Origin: Guillardia theta CCMP2712
Taxonomy: Eukaryota; Protista; Cryptophyta
Direction of reading: 5' to 3'
DNA: 59,770 nucleotides
Assembly (NCBI RefSeq): GCF_000315625.1
Contig: NW_005434628.1
Span: 103,003 to 162,772, forward strand
Both the position numbers and the translations under genes were made by a program. Below the pieces are notes generated by a model. The model was not told the DNA's origin and did not search any database. It saw only the letters and a program-made list of their open reading frames with translations. Position 1 is the stretch's first letter, and every line of letters begins with the position of its first letter. This document shows positions 9,719 through 21,667 of this stretch, one piece after another.

Positions 9719-12209
9719 CTATCCACTCGCCGCCTGCCTCTGCAACATCCCAAACTGAACTTGGTTCGCAAGAGCTTCTGAGTTGGACTTGCCCTGACTC
9801 TCCTTGTACTCCGGCAGTCGCTTCCCCTGCCGCAAACATTCCTCGCACGCGATCAAGTACTGTTGCTGAGGCCCGATGATGCTCCCAGGCCTCACGATCC
9901 TTAGCCATGCCATCGTATCCCTTGCGGTCCAGCCAAAGTTGAACATGATCCACAGAGCGATCATCGTCCCGGTCCTCCCGAGCCCTGCCAGGCAGTGAAC
10001 GGCAACCACACCAGGTTCATGGTCGCAGATCGCCAGGAAGCGCTCGACGAGCTTGAAGGAGGGAGTCGTGCAGTCCTCGAAGAAAAGGTCGTAGTGTCGT
10101 ATCCCTGCCTCCTCGAACCCTCGCGCGTCGTAAGTGTCTTGCTCGTTAAGGCGCACGACGGCCGAGACTTTGAGCTTCTTGAAGACCATGACGTACTCCC
10201 CCGGCGTCCGCATGTTCTCGTCGCTGTCGTTGGGCCCTCTGAAGGCAATCAGCTTCGGGCAGATCTGGTGAACGTCGAAGTTGGCGGGGTTGTCGAGCCA
10301 GAGGTACCGGTTGACGTCGAAGCTGCGGTAGTCGAACCAGCCCACCTGCAGCGCGCACTTGAGCCCCCTAAAGCAGTCGAGGAGCGACAGGCCGAAGTCA
10401 GGCTGCTCGTACGTGGCGTCACGGAAGGGCATGAAGAGTTTGTATCCCATGTCGGAGAAGGCAGCGCTCGCCTCCTCTGGCGACCAGCCCTGCGTGATGA
10501 CCAGGAACGCTCCGAGCAAGAAAGCAGCGTTAGTTCGCAGAGCTGCGTCCTTCTCTGCGTAGTAGACCAGAGTGCGATTGTAGAGCCGTTGATCCGACAG
10601 CTTCTGATGAATGTAAGAGCAAAACTGGTGAACTTCGGACAGGTTGACAGGCCCGAAGTCTGAGCAGAAGGGCAGGTAGGATTCATGGTGGGTGCTCGAG
10701 AAGAAGAAGATGTGGCGATTGTTCATGATCTCAAGCTTTGTTTGCCCTTCATCTCGGTGAATCACAAACCCCAGCCGCTTCGGGATCAGCTCCATGATCC
10801 TCCCATACTCAATCTGTGATTCGTCGCAGACTGTTGGACTGGACGGAGGGGTGCACGCAGCGCTGTGCTCTGAGTCGAGACCTTGCGAGTCATAGTACTT
10901 CTTCCTTACCTCCATGATCGAGTCCAACCCAGCTCTTCGCTTGTTCGCTGTCTTGGAGAGCATCTTCAGCACGTCTCGATTGCCAGCAAGGTCCTCCTTG
11001 ACAACCGACAGGAAGTCGAACGCACTCAGCTCCCAGCAGGTGCAATGAACATCCGCTACCACATCGCACGTTCGCAGCTGGTTGTCATCAGTTCCACTTG
11101 GAGAGTCATCAAGGTGTATGAATTTGCGGCATGTTGCGACAAACGCCATCTCACCAAAGAAATCGCCATCCTTCAACCGACTGACAGTCTGGCCGTCGGC
11201 CATCACAAGAGCCTGACCAGTTTCGATGAAGAACAAGGTTGTCCCGACCTCCCCCTTCTTGACGATCATCTTTCCAGCTTCATACTGCCTCAGGCTCATC
11301 CGAGAGAAGCATGCCATCCTGCTTTTATCCACCATGATGTCGAAAAGTTCGCAGTTGGAACCGCAACTCGCGTAAGTCCTGCAGAAGTCCTCATTCGCCT
11401 CTGTCTCACTCCCTGAGCGATCTTCTGTTTCTAGCTGCTTGTTCATCTCAGCAAAGTCCAGCAGTGGACCCTTCTTCCCTCTCATGAATGCTCCCTTGGG
11501 TGAAACCAAACTTTGAACCGTCGAGCTTCCAATCGTTATGTCCCTTCCCGAGTTCGATTTCTTCAACGCCGTCAGAGCGTTGTCGTCCTCGTGTCCTCGA
11601 CGAGGGGAGTTCTTGCTCCCCTCGCCCACAACGGTGTCAATGGATTTTGTATCGGCATTTCGAACCTGAGTGCTGTTTGCAAGGATTCTGCAGGAAGCAA
11701 TCAAGAGAAACTTGAGGGAGTTCACAACAAGTACCTTAGCACCGCCTGCAAGCTGACATCATCGTCAGAAAAGCAGGTCAGGAAATGTTTCACGCTCAAT
11801 TCAAGGCATCGGCAGGCTTCTGATGCGATAATAGAGGCAGTCCGCTTCCTGTTCAGTACATTCGCAGGGAAGTGCTTGGTTTGGTTTTTGAAAGTGGCCA
11901 CCGTAGCAATAAACGACCCTTCCCCAAAGAAATCACCAGCATATAGATCGTTGACGTGCAATCCTTTCTTGATGACCCGCGCTGCTCCTACATCCAAGAA
12001 ATACTGCAAGACGTGTCAGACGAACCACCAACAGCAGCTCGTTGCCTTACCATGGACGTCCCAATTGTTCCCTCCTCCAAAATCGTCTCCCCTGACTCGA
12101 AAGTTCTCAAAACCATCCCGGAGATAGCCACGCTCCTGTTGCTCGGACCCATCGCCTCGAAAAGTTGGCAGCTTGCCATGCTCTTCTTGAAATCACAGTC
12201 CATGCTCAT
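9719..12209 (-). CDS. Cdc14-family dual-specificity phosphatase with two N-terminal cyclic-nucleotide-binding domains (three exons)
   Basis: cNMP domain 1: FESGETILEEGTIGTSM|YFLDVG..GDFFGE..RTASIIA. cNMP domain 2: YEAGKMIVKKGEVGTTLFFIETG..GDFFGE..RTCDVVA. Cdc14 N-domain: YLPFCSDFGPVNL, RTNAAFLLGAFLV, PFRDA. Catalytic domain: KLIAFRGP, VVRLN, DLFFEDCTTP, AVHCLAGLGRTGT, WLRIVRPGSIIGPQQQYL. Confidence 0.93.
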
Positions 12210-12547
12210 GTTGAAAACCACGGCAACGGATTTCTGAGCCCGAGATTTGTAGGTTGTACTGGACAGCTCAGCAAAGACACCAAGTCATCTAAGAGGAGGT
12301 CAGTAGGGGAACACTTCAACTGTTCTCTTTGTTCCATAACCAGCAACAACAAGCTTGTCACGCTCTAAAATGCCTATCATAATTCGAGGGGAGCATGCAG
12401 ACACCAGCGATTAACACCGCCATTTTCTCACTCTCACATTCCCCCCTCCCACAGCATCTCTCACGCATGCAGCTTAACCACTTCGACACGTCTTCGTCCA
12501 ATCTTCTCTCTCCGGTTCTCAATACTATACATGCCACGATGTCTTTC

Positions 12548-12670
12548 TGCCCTGCCCTGCCCTGCCCTGCCCTGCCCTGCCCTGCCCTGCCCTGCCCTGC
12601 CCTGCCCTGCCCTGCCCTGCCCTGCCCTGCCCTGCCATGCCATGCCCTGCCCTGCCCTGCCCTGCCCTGC
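12548..12670. repeat. (CCCTG)n microsatellite
   Basis: Tandem CCCTG with two CCATG variants. Confidence 0.95.
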
Positions 12671-12759
12671 TGTCACCATTTTCACTGCGCCATTCTCACA
12701 TTCTGTTCCATCGCACGACCTCCTTTCATTTCTTCATGGAGCAAACCATGTTGGTTTAT

Positions 12760-13760
12760 TCAGACCACCCTACCTCCCTCAGACATATCGCAATTCACCC
12801 ACCCCAAATCGAGGGAAAATTTATCCCTACCCCCCTTTTCACCCAATATTAATTGGAAAATACCCCTCTATATGACTGCCACACCACCCCCTACATCCGA
12901 CACCACCCTTATCTTGACTCCGGCTCCTCAAGAGTTCCAAATGGAACCCGCATCCTCCCTTACGACCTTCTGCGACCACCCCTACCCCCAAATACTTTCA
13001 TCACCCCACTTTTATATGAGAATTTGACCCCTCCATTTCCATTAAGCACTCTAGACCACCCCCTTCCTGAGAATACCTTATCGCCCCCACTCAAACCGGT
13101 TCTGAAGATGGCGGGATAGGGATAATAACTATAAAGGGCGGAGGAAACTGACCACCCCCACCCCCTTGTATCCACTAGATTTAAGGGTACTAGAGGAAAT
13201 GTTTATGTATAATGTATGTTTTTCTAGCAATTTGTTATATCCCTTATAACAATGTACCCCCACCACTAGTTTTGTATGCCATGTTGACCCTACCCCCTAG
13301 GATGGTCATCCGAACACCCAGATATTTGAAGGGGGTTCTAGTGAAGAGGGGTACTTTGATAGGAGATGTGGGGGTAGTATCTGGTATATGTGGGTGGTTA
13401 GTTCGAGGGGAGGTAGGGGAGCTCCTCCAGTCAGTAGCATATACAATTATTTTAGACACAAAATGTGAGTAGTAAAATCGAAATAGAATATTTTCGATTT
13501 CAACAGGAAAGAGGACCGTGACATGGTGATCGGTCGGTTCAGTCCGATGGGCTCAAATATACCAGTAGATATTCAAATTTACTTCTAACATTTGAAAAAA
13601 GTTCAATATCCCTGCGACTTCCAAACCCAATCAAGTGCCATGACTGTCCGGGCCCCGCACCAGGTAAATTTGAATTTATTTGATTCAAATCAATCAAGAT
13701 TCGGTTTGAATCGATCTGGCCGCTAGGACGGCAGTTGGTCGGATTTGACCATCTGCTCGT
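12760..13760. promoter_or_regulatory. Putative bidirectional promoter region with a C-rich to G-rich skew switch
   Basis: Between divergent starts 12209(-) and 14122(+). C-run-rich 12760-13175, AT-rich centre, G-run-rich ~13330-13430, then a short AT/CG core. Confidence 0.45.
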
Positions 13761-14121
13761 CGACAAGCCATGGCATCGGCGAATCGCCGGAGATGAAGGC
13801 GCCGGGAGCAGGAGCAGGAGAAGGAGCAGGAGAAGGAGAAGGAACAGGAGAAGGAGCATGAGCAGGAGTCACAGGAGCATGAGCAGGAGTCACAGGAGCA
13901 CGAGAGCTTGAGGAGCAGCCCAGAAGTCGGAGCAGTCGCCGGGACTCGCCGACGACCGTCCCGGACGGTACGGTAGTCCGATCAGCCTGAGCAGTCGGAG
14001 CAGTCGGAGCAGTCGGAGCAGTCGGAGCAGGAGCAGAAGCAGGAGCAGGAACAGAGAGGGCCCGAGCAACGCCGGTGGAGCTCCCCGGGAGCGAGCCCGG
14101 AGGACGAGGGAGGGAGGAGGG

Positions 14122-16059
14122 ATGACGGTAGCCCCCCGCCCTCAGACAGCCCCGCACTCGTCCTCGCCATCGTTCGAGGACCCCCAAGAGTTCCAGAGCG
14201 CACTGGTATGCCCCATCACCAACAGGGTCTTCGACGATCCCGTGCTCTGCACGGCGGACGGGCGGACGTACGAGAAAAAGGCGATAGAGAAGTGGATCAG
14301 GGAGAAGCGCAGTACCCCCTTCACCCACCCGAGCATGGTCGTCAAGCTGGACTCCATAGTCCCTCACCGCTTCCTAAAGTCTGTGCTGAGGAGGAACAGG
14401 AAGCAGCTCTTCATCAAGTCTCTCCAGCTCGCGTACGGGGACAAGTGGGAAAGTTTCTTAGACGACGCAAAGGGAGACAGCAAGGAGGAGGAGGCCGAGT
14501 ACGAGCCAGGAGCCCCTCCCCTCACTGGTGTCAAGTGTTGCATCGTCGTAGAGCTCGAGGAGAGCGCGAGGGGGTCGCCGGACTCCTGTCTCTTCCTCGA
14601 CCTCCTCCGATGTCTGTCCTGCCAGCGACTGCCTGTCAGCGCGACAGTGGTCAAGTGCCCGGGCCCTCCGGGCTCGTTTGAGATCAGCATCCTTCATCTG
14701 CCCAAGGACGCAACGGATAGGACGATGCGGGTGGAGCGATGCTACTCCAAGACGAACAGCTACTGTGCCCTCCCCACCGTGCAGCTGCTGTGCAAGACGG
14801 TCATCTCCGCCCTGCGCGAGCAGAAGTACAAGGACGGGAGGTGGTTGGAGGGTCCACACCTGCTGCCGGAGCAATGGAGAAGGCACGTGGACGAGTCGAG
14901 CTTCTGCGTGGACTGCAGGAGGACGAGGAAGGGGGGTAAATTGATGCTGCCCTCCATGCTGGTGTGGAACACAGACGACATGGACGGGACTGTCGTTCCT
15001 CCCGATCGCAGGCCCCCGATGACGAGGCCAATGCAACTGTGCATGATCGTCCCCGATGCGAGAGTCCAGGGGGTGGAGCTGGAGAGCCTGCGGCTGAGCT
15101 TCCATCATGCAGTCGAGCTCTGCGCCTTCATCGCCAACAACAGGACGGTAAGAAAAGTCTCCTTGAGGAAACTCGGACTCGACCAGGAAGTCGCTTCCCT
15201 CCTCGCCCAGTCGCTGGGCGTGAACACCAAGGTCACCTCGCTCGACCTGCGAGAGAACAACATCGGTGAACCACCCCGCTCCTCTCATCATCTCCTCTTC
15301 TTCTTCCTCCTCGTCCTGCGCCCTCGTCTCCTCTGGCTCCTCTCCTGCCCGCATCCCTTGGCTTCCCTGCCCTCCTCCTCCCCCTCTTCTCGTTCTCACT
15401 GCCCAGCAGGCCCCGAAGGAGCCAAGGCGCTCTCCGCAGTCCTCCGGTCGAGGTGCAGCCTCAAGACCCTCAGCCTCTACGGCAACGCCATCACAACGGT
15501 CGGGGCCTGCGAGCTCGCCAGGGCTCTCGAGCACAACTCGACCCTCTCCCAGCTGGACTTGGGTGACAACCTCATCGAGGACGAGGGCCTGGTCCGCATC
15601 TCCAAGGCGCTCGTAAAGACCACCTCCCTCACCTCTCTCCAGCTGCAGCCCACCGGACCCAGGGACAAGAGCCGAGGAGCGATCCTGGGGAGCCTCGGGG
15701 AGGTGTCAGGGTCAGTCGCGCTGTTCCAGGCGGTGGACAAGAACTCCTCCCTCGTCGCCCTCAACGTTGGGGCTAACGCGATCCTCTCCAAGTTCGACCC
15801 GAAGCTCCGCTCCTTCCGCCATGTCCCCAACCTCCTCCCGCTGCGTCCCAGCAGCGCTGTAGACCAGCTCAAGAGCTCGGGGAGGAGGAAGCCCAAGGCG
15901 CTCCCGGGGACGAAGAAGGGGAGGAGAGGAGCAGAGATCGACACCTCCGAGTTCCGGGAGGTCTTCGATCGCTGTACGATGGGCAACTTCACTGACTCGC
16001 CAAGGAAGAGGATGGAGAGGCTGCTGTCGGACGAGATCAAGAAACTGACGAGAAGCTGA
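14122..16059 (+). CDS. U-box domain plus ribonuclease-inhibitor-type LRR protein (putative E3 ubiquitin ligase)
   Basis: U-box LVCPITNRVFDDPVLCTADGRTYEKKAIEKWI..STPFT. LRRs VTSLDLRENNIG, LKTLSLYGNAITTVGACELARAL, LSQLDLGDNLIEDEGLVRISKAL. A CT-rich in-frame intron lies at ~15267-15409. Confidence 0.9.
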   Translation: MTVAPRPQTAPHSSSPSFEDPQEFQSALVCPITNRVFDDPVLCTADGRTYEKKAIEKWIREKRSTPFTHPSMVVKLDSIVPHRFLKSVLRRNRKQLFIKSLQLAYGDKWESFLDDAKGDSKEEEAEYEPGAPPLTGVKCCIVVELEESARGSPDSCLFLDLLRCLSCQRLPVSATVVKCPGPPGSFEISILHLPKDATDRTMRVERCYSKTNSYCALPTVQLLCKTVISALREQKYKDGRWLEGPHLLPEQWRRHVDESSFCVDCRRTRKGGKLMLPSMLVWNTDDMDGTVVPPDRRPPMTRPMQLCMIVPDARVQGVELESLRLSFHHAVELCAFIANNRTVRKVSLRKLGLDQEVASLLAQSLGVNTKVTSLDLRENNIGEPPRSSHHLLFFFLLVLRPRLLWLLSCPHPLASLPSSSPSSRSHCPAGPEGAKALSAVLRSRCSLKTLSLYGNAITTVGACELARALEHNSTLSQLDLGDNLIEDEGLVRISKALVKTTSLTSLQLQPTGPRDKSRGAILGSLGEVSGSVALFQAVDKNSSLVALNVGANAILSKFDPKLRSFRHVPNLLPLRPSSAVDQLKSSGRRKPKALPGTKKGRRGAEIDTSEFREVFDRCTMGNFTDSPRKRMERLLSDEIKKLTRS

Positions 16060-16146
16060 TGCGATGCTGCCGGCGCCTCTGGACGAGACTCAAGGGACGC
16101 GGATGAGAGTGGATCCCTTAATGACAATGATACGAACAAGCCTGAA

Positions 16147-16187
16147 GATAAGCCTAAAGATAAGCCTAAAGATAAGCCTAAAGATAA
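16147..16187. repeat. 12-bp tandem repeat GATAAGCCTAAA (~3.5 copies)
   Basis: Visible directly between convergent 3' ends. Confidence 0.85.
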
Positions 16188-16245
16188 TCAATAACGGATG
16201 TCACGTGAATGAAGTGAGTTATGTGAAGCTGCTCGTCGCTTGACC

Positions 16246-18488
16246 TCATGCTGCTCTGGTATCTCGGTCTCTGTCGCTGTCGCTGTCGCTGTCGCTGTCT
16301 GCATCAGCCCACAAGTCGATCTTCGCCTCCTCCACTTGATTCCCTTTGGCAGACGTTGCCACATCCTCTTCCTTCTCTGCCTCCTCCACAGGAAGAGGCG
16401 TGCGAACATTTGCTCGGTTGACCATACTGTGAAGTGTCAGAGGAGCTGCAGGGAGGAAGAGAAGAGGAGGCACCTGGCGAGAGAGCGAGCTAACCTCGAG
16501 CTCTCCTGCTCTTTCTTCTCCTCGGGGTTGAACTTGGCGATCCCTGACGCTGTCATCGTGTTACCAAGGCTGCAGCCCTCGAGGCCTCAAGGTGTCACAA
16601 ACCTCTCTTGGCCAGCTTGACCTGCGCTGCCTGACTGCAGAGAAGACACTCGTGAGAGGAGGAAGACTGGGAGGAAGGGAAGAAGGGAGCTGGGGGGGAG
16701 GGAGGGGAGGGAGGGAGGGAGGGAGGGAGGGGAGGGAGGGGAAGGCAGCAGCTTACAGCTTGTGAGGAGGCGTTGGTGACGTTGAAGGAGAGTGAGCCTT
16801 GCACCGGATGTCCAGGAGGAAGGGGCACTCTTCAAGCTGTAGAGCCCAGGAGTCACTTGCGACTGTCACGGTCACCAGAGTCTTCTCAACTCACACTAAC
16901 GCGTTTGCGGATCCCAGCTGTTGGCCTGACGAGCTGGAAGCTGAAGGAGTGTCATCTAGTCAGCGCCTCGACCCTCCAGCTCATGCCCCACCTGTCGCTC
17001 AAGTCGTAGAGACTGTGGGAAGAGCTCAGATGCATCCCCACGGAAGATCTCCGACGAGCGATGGCTGCGACAGCCGCTCAGGAGGAGCCGCGAGGATGAA
17101 GAGCAGTCGACACGGTCGAGTCAGGTTCACCTGGAAGAGAATGCGCATGCTGGACAGCAGCTGACAGCAGAGAGTCAGAGAGAGCGAGCAAGACGGCAGG
17201 GTAAGCAAATGCAGGAAGAGCAAGAGCAAGAGCAAGAGCAAGAGCAAGAGCAAGAGCAAGAGCAAGAGCAAGAGCAAGAGCAAGAGCAAGAGCAAGAGCA
17301 AGAGCAAGAGCAAGAGCAAGAACAATCACCTGCTTGATTGTCTTCGTTCAGCTGATCACCTGCCGTACATTGTCACATCTAACGCATCACATCCTCCATC
17401 CTTTCACCTTTAGGGGAGCTAGATTGCTTCCTCTTGAAGGAAGCTGCAAGGGACATTTGAGGTGTAAACTATGGACAACGCTTTCCCCCAGCTCTCACCC
17501 AGCAGATTACTCGTGAGGAGCACAGTAGAGCTCTGACGCCAGTTCAGTCGGATCAACTACAATTCGACGCAGAAGGAAGTACCTTCTTTCTCAGCAGCAT
17601 AGCGTTCTTTCCCTCCGCTGCGGCGAGGGAGACAGGCAGGAGGTCAGGAGTTCACACTTGCAGGGCTCGGAGCTCTTCTCACCAGAGGACAGCCGAAGCC
17701 TTCGCGAGAACTGCTCGTGCTCAATCTCGTGCCTCAGGTCTCCTAGGACCACTACGACTCATCGTCAGCAAGCGACTGCCGGGGGGTAGGAAAAGACTTT
17801 CACCATCCAGATGTGACTTCTTGCTCTCAGCGCTGGCGTCCGAGTAGACTCTTCCAAACTCTCTCATCCCATCTGCCCCCTTCAAGTCAACAGCAGCAAC
17901 TCAGTGTGACGGCATCCTCACCCTCTCCCTCTTGCGCCATGTCAACGGGAGACCTCTCTGCAGGCCTCTCGTCCACCAGGCTCGGGTCAGAGTTGCGCCT
18001 CGCCTCGAGCCGCATCGAGACTTTCTTGCAGTCCTTCCTCAGCCACCTGATCTCGTCCAGCCGCCTCTTGCTGCTCGACTGATAGTCTCGGATCATCCCC
18101 GCATGCACCTTCACTCCTGCTTGCCCCTGCATCCTGCAAGCTGAACAGCCGCATGTCAGACTCCTTGAAGACCGCATGCCTCACAAGGCCTTCAGCCCTC
18201 CGTGCCTTCAAGTCACATCCGCTCTTGGCGATCATCTATCTCTGAGGTTCGAGGTCTACCCTTGGCGTCATTTACATTGTCTTGGTTCCTCAGATGGGTG
18301 CCTTGCCTCACTAGTCCTGCCATCCTCCCCTCCCCTCCACCCCTCCCTTCACTGCTGTCCTCTTTCTCGCCTTCAAACTGGGTTCCCTCCTTGTCTTATC
18401 CTCCTCTTCCCTTCCCTCCCCATCTCTTGACCTTTATCTCTCCTTCTTCAACTGCTCTTGCTCTCTGATTCATCATCCTTGCTACCAT
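16246..18488 (-). CDS. Multi-exon hypothetical protein with charged/coiled-coil segments
   Basis: Coding-like segments bounded by GT/AG, e.g. RRLDEIRWLRKDCKKVSMRLEARR, LGDLRHEIEHEQFSRR, ASGIAKFNPEEKKEQE, and acidic C-terminus DADSDSDSDSDRDR. No family recognised; start uncertain. Confidence 0.45.
17215..17320. repeat. (GCAAGA)n hexanucleotide microsatellite, intronic
   Basis: Perfect tandem hexamer. Confidence 0.95.
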
Positions 18489-18855
18489 GGCCAGGTTCAG
18501 TTCATATCTAAACAATCATTTCTGCCATTTCACGCACTTTCCTTATTACTCCTTCCTACCACCCCAACCTCACTCTTTGACAATAACTCGGAGTCGATGA
18601 TACTCCACCTTCTCCAGAGAGCATCGTTCTTTTTCTCTCTATCCCTTTTCTCTCCGTATCCTCATACTCGCGCTTCCTCTCTCTCGTACCACGTTGTGGT
18701 TGTCTCCCTGCTACTCCCTCCTCCTTCCCGGCCCTCTCTCCCTCCTCTCCCTCCCCAGGCTCCCTCCTCCATCGCCCCATCTGATCCCTTCGACCTCCTC
18801 CGACAACTGCTTCAGTACCCCTTCTCACCCGTTCACTCGGAGTTCCGAACCCCAC

Positions 18856-19078
18856 CCGGTACCCCCCGGTAGCCCCCGGTAGCCCCCGGTACCCCCGGTA
18901 GCCCCCGGTAGCCGCCGGTAGCCGCCGGTAGCCCACAACCCCCTGATCACCCCCACTTGTAATATGACCCCAGTAGTTCCGTCACCCACCCACCCTCCCT
19001 CCGGCCCTCCGAGCGTCCCCCCGAGTCGTAGTACCACCCCCATCGTAGTACCACCCCCATCGTAGTACCACCCCCATT
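18856..19078. repeat. Two minisatellites in a C-rich tract: ~10-bp CCCCGGTAGC (~8 copies) and 17-bp TCGTAGTACCACCCCCA (3 copies)
   Basis: Direct reading of 18856-18933 and 19026-19078. Confidence 0.85.
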
Positions 19079-19119
19079 GTCGATCAAAATTATCAGTTCA
19101 AGGGAAGGAAGTTCCTTCC

Positions 19120-19640
19120 TCCTTCTGGCCAGACCGGCGGGCCCGGGGGTCACGGGGGGCCGTCCGAGCTCGGAGGGGCCGGGCCGCGGGCGTCCGTCGG
19201 ACCGTCACTGCCGGTACCCGCCGTTCACCGTGGAACTGCCGCTCAGCGGCTGTCGGAGTGCGTTGAACGGTGAGACTGGCTGAAACCGCCGCCGGGCGGG
19301 CCCGGGCTCAGCCCGCCACCGCACTCCGGCTGGCCCACCACAGTGAGTGACTTCATAGCGTTCACGGCCGGGCCCGTTGAGTCGCCGCCCGGGGCTGCGC
19401 GGCACTGCGGCACCGGCACTGCCGCAGCGGCTCTCAGTGCCATTACAAGTTACCGTAGTACCCGGCCGCATCGTACTCAGTGTGACGAGGCCGCGCCGCG
19501 GCGCGCTCAACTTATCAATAATTGACTGAGTCAGGAGATAGTTGAGTGACTAGGCTACCGGGACTGGGAGGCCCCCGTTGGCCCCGCCTGTACAGTACCG
19601 TACGGTCATCAGGCCCGGCCCGGCTGTACTAGTAAATTGA
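19120..19640. promoter_or_regulatory. CG/GACTC-rich island upstream of GDPD copy 1
   Basis: Dense CCGG, GGCC, GTAC and GAGTC words, between divergent genes and preceded by a C-rich tract. Confidence 0.45.
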
Positions 19641-19685
19641 TTAGAGCCAGAGGAGGGTTGGCCCGCACTTGCCCTCCCAGTCTCC

Positions 19686-21667
19686 ATGCCGACAGACCAT
19701 GGCAGGGAACTGGAGGCGCTGGTGGCTGCGGCGAGGGAGGAGGGAGGAGCAGAAGAGGTAGGTTGGAAGGATGTTGACGTGGAACGAGCGATGCCGGAGA
19801 AGAGAGACGCGAGGAGGACCTCTCTCTCATTCTGCACACTCTTCCTTTTCTTCTCCTCGTCGGTCACCCTTGCTTTCCTGTTGGGCTGGAAGCTTCGTGC
19901 CTACGTGTTCAACTACCACCGGGCAGACGTTGGAGCTCGTGCCTGGTACCTTGCAGACAGGCTTCTGGACGAGTCCTCAGTCTCGGCAGCAGAGCTGCAG
20001 TCAGAAAGCTACCAGGGACGACTATGGAGGCTAAGGAGCCTGAGCAGTAAACTGACATGGGACAAGTGCCTGAGCCCAATGAAGCGAGATGAGCGCTCGA
20101 TCGCTCATCGTGGCGCGCCTCTCATGTTCCCAGAGCACACGCTTGAAGGATACACCAGCGCTGTAAGGATGGGTGCTGGTGAGATTGGGCATGGGGCGTG
20201 GGGCAGTCGTTGACGGTGCGAGCAGGGATGCTGGAGTGCGATGCTGTGTTCACAAGGGACAGAGTTGCTGTCTGTCGCCATTCGGCCTGTGACCTCCACT
20301 ATACGACCAACATCCTGAGGGTGCCGGCGCTCGCGGACAAGTGCGACAAGAAGGTGAGGCATTCCAAAACCCCCGACGGCTGTTGAAGGTGGGAGACAGT
20401 TCCAACCCGGAGAGGGAGCGCGGTGCTGCACCACCGATCTGCTTGCATCGGAGTACAAGCAGCTGTGCGGGACCATGGAGGTGACCCTGCCTGCTCCTGC
20501 CTGCTCCTGCCTGCTCCTGCCTGCTCCTGCCTGCTCTGTGACGCCAATTAGATGATGACAAACGTCGGCGCCCGTACGGTGGACGAGTACCTGTCCGTCC
20601 CTTCCTGGCGGACGACTCTCTATCAGGTCTGCGTGTGGCACCAATCGACCTTGTCCTCGTGATCGCCGCTCAGGACGGAGGATGTGCCACTGTGATGACG
20701 CAGAAGGAATACATCCAACTCTCCATGTGAACCTGTCTTGTCTTGTGTCTTGGTTGTTGCAGTCTGACAGGCAAGGGGAAGGGAGATGAAGGTCAAGATG
20801 ATCCCGGAGCTGAAGGAGCACGACTACTCCAAGATAGACATACGTGAAAGCTGCCATCTGCCGTCTTTCCGTTGTGAGAGACTCTTCAGACTCCCAAGAT
20901 GAGGCGGCGGATCGTTTCATCCAAGACTACCTTGACCTTGGGGTCCCACCTTCTTTGCTGTTCCCTCAGACTTTCAGCAAGCAGCATGCGACAAGGTTCT
21001 CTGCTGACTCTGAGCAAGCGTCCTCCAGCTCATCTGCTGTAGGTGGCTGTCCAAGTATCCCATAGCAAAGAACACGGTTCTGTTGTATAGTCCCGGGGGG
21101 CAGGTGGAACTCTCGGTAGTTCCTCGATCTCGCTCCATCTTACATGTTAGGAGCAGAACGGGAAAGACACCTGGGAGACGACGTACAAGGGATGGTTTGA
21201 AGAGCTGCAGCGCCTGGGTCAGCCCATCAAGTTCGCCGGACTTCCGCTCAACGAGGTCATATCGGCCAATGACGCGCTTGGGGGCTCTTTCTCTCCCACA
21301 GAGCCGGTCAGGTACGCCTGCTGCGGGTGTTTGCGATCGCCGTACTGACCAAGAGCAGGTACCTCAAGGAGCAAGGGATAGAGATCATCGTGTGGACGCT
21401 GGAGAGGTCGGGAGCCGTTCCTAGTGGGTGGTACCTCGGTGTCCAACAGGGGAACGCCAGCACGGGAACGCACGGGAACGTTCAGAGTGCGGTGAGGAAG
21501 GATGCGGACATCTACTTGCTTCTCGATGTACTCTTCAAGGTTTGTGCATCCTAGCTGTCTACCTCTCCCGTCCCCGACTGAGTGCTCTTCAGGAGGTGGG
21601 AGTCTATGGGGTCTTCTCGGATTGGCCTGGGACCGTGACCCACTACCTCAACTGCGCCCTCCCCTAA
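19686..21667 (+). CDS. Glycerophosphodiester phosphodiesterase (GDPD), intact copy 1, with N-terminal membrane anchor; multi-exon
   Basis: [27 protein letters not shown]|[64 protein letters not shown] segment [22 protein letters not shown]. Confidence 0.93.

Noticed and set aside
9995-11416. Plus-strand ORFs of 177-222 aa opposite the Cdc14 gene
   Set aside because: Antisense shadows of a GC3-rich coding strand, with no recognisable motifs.
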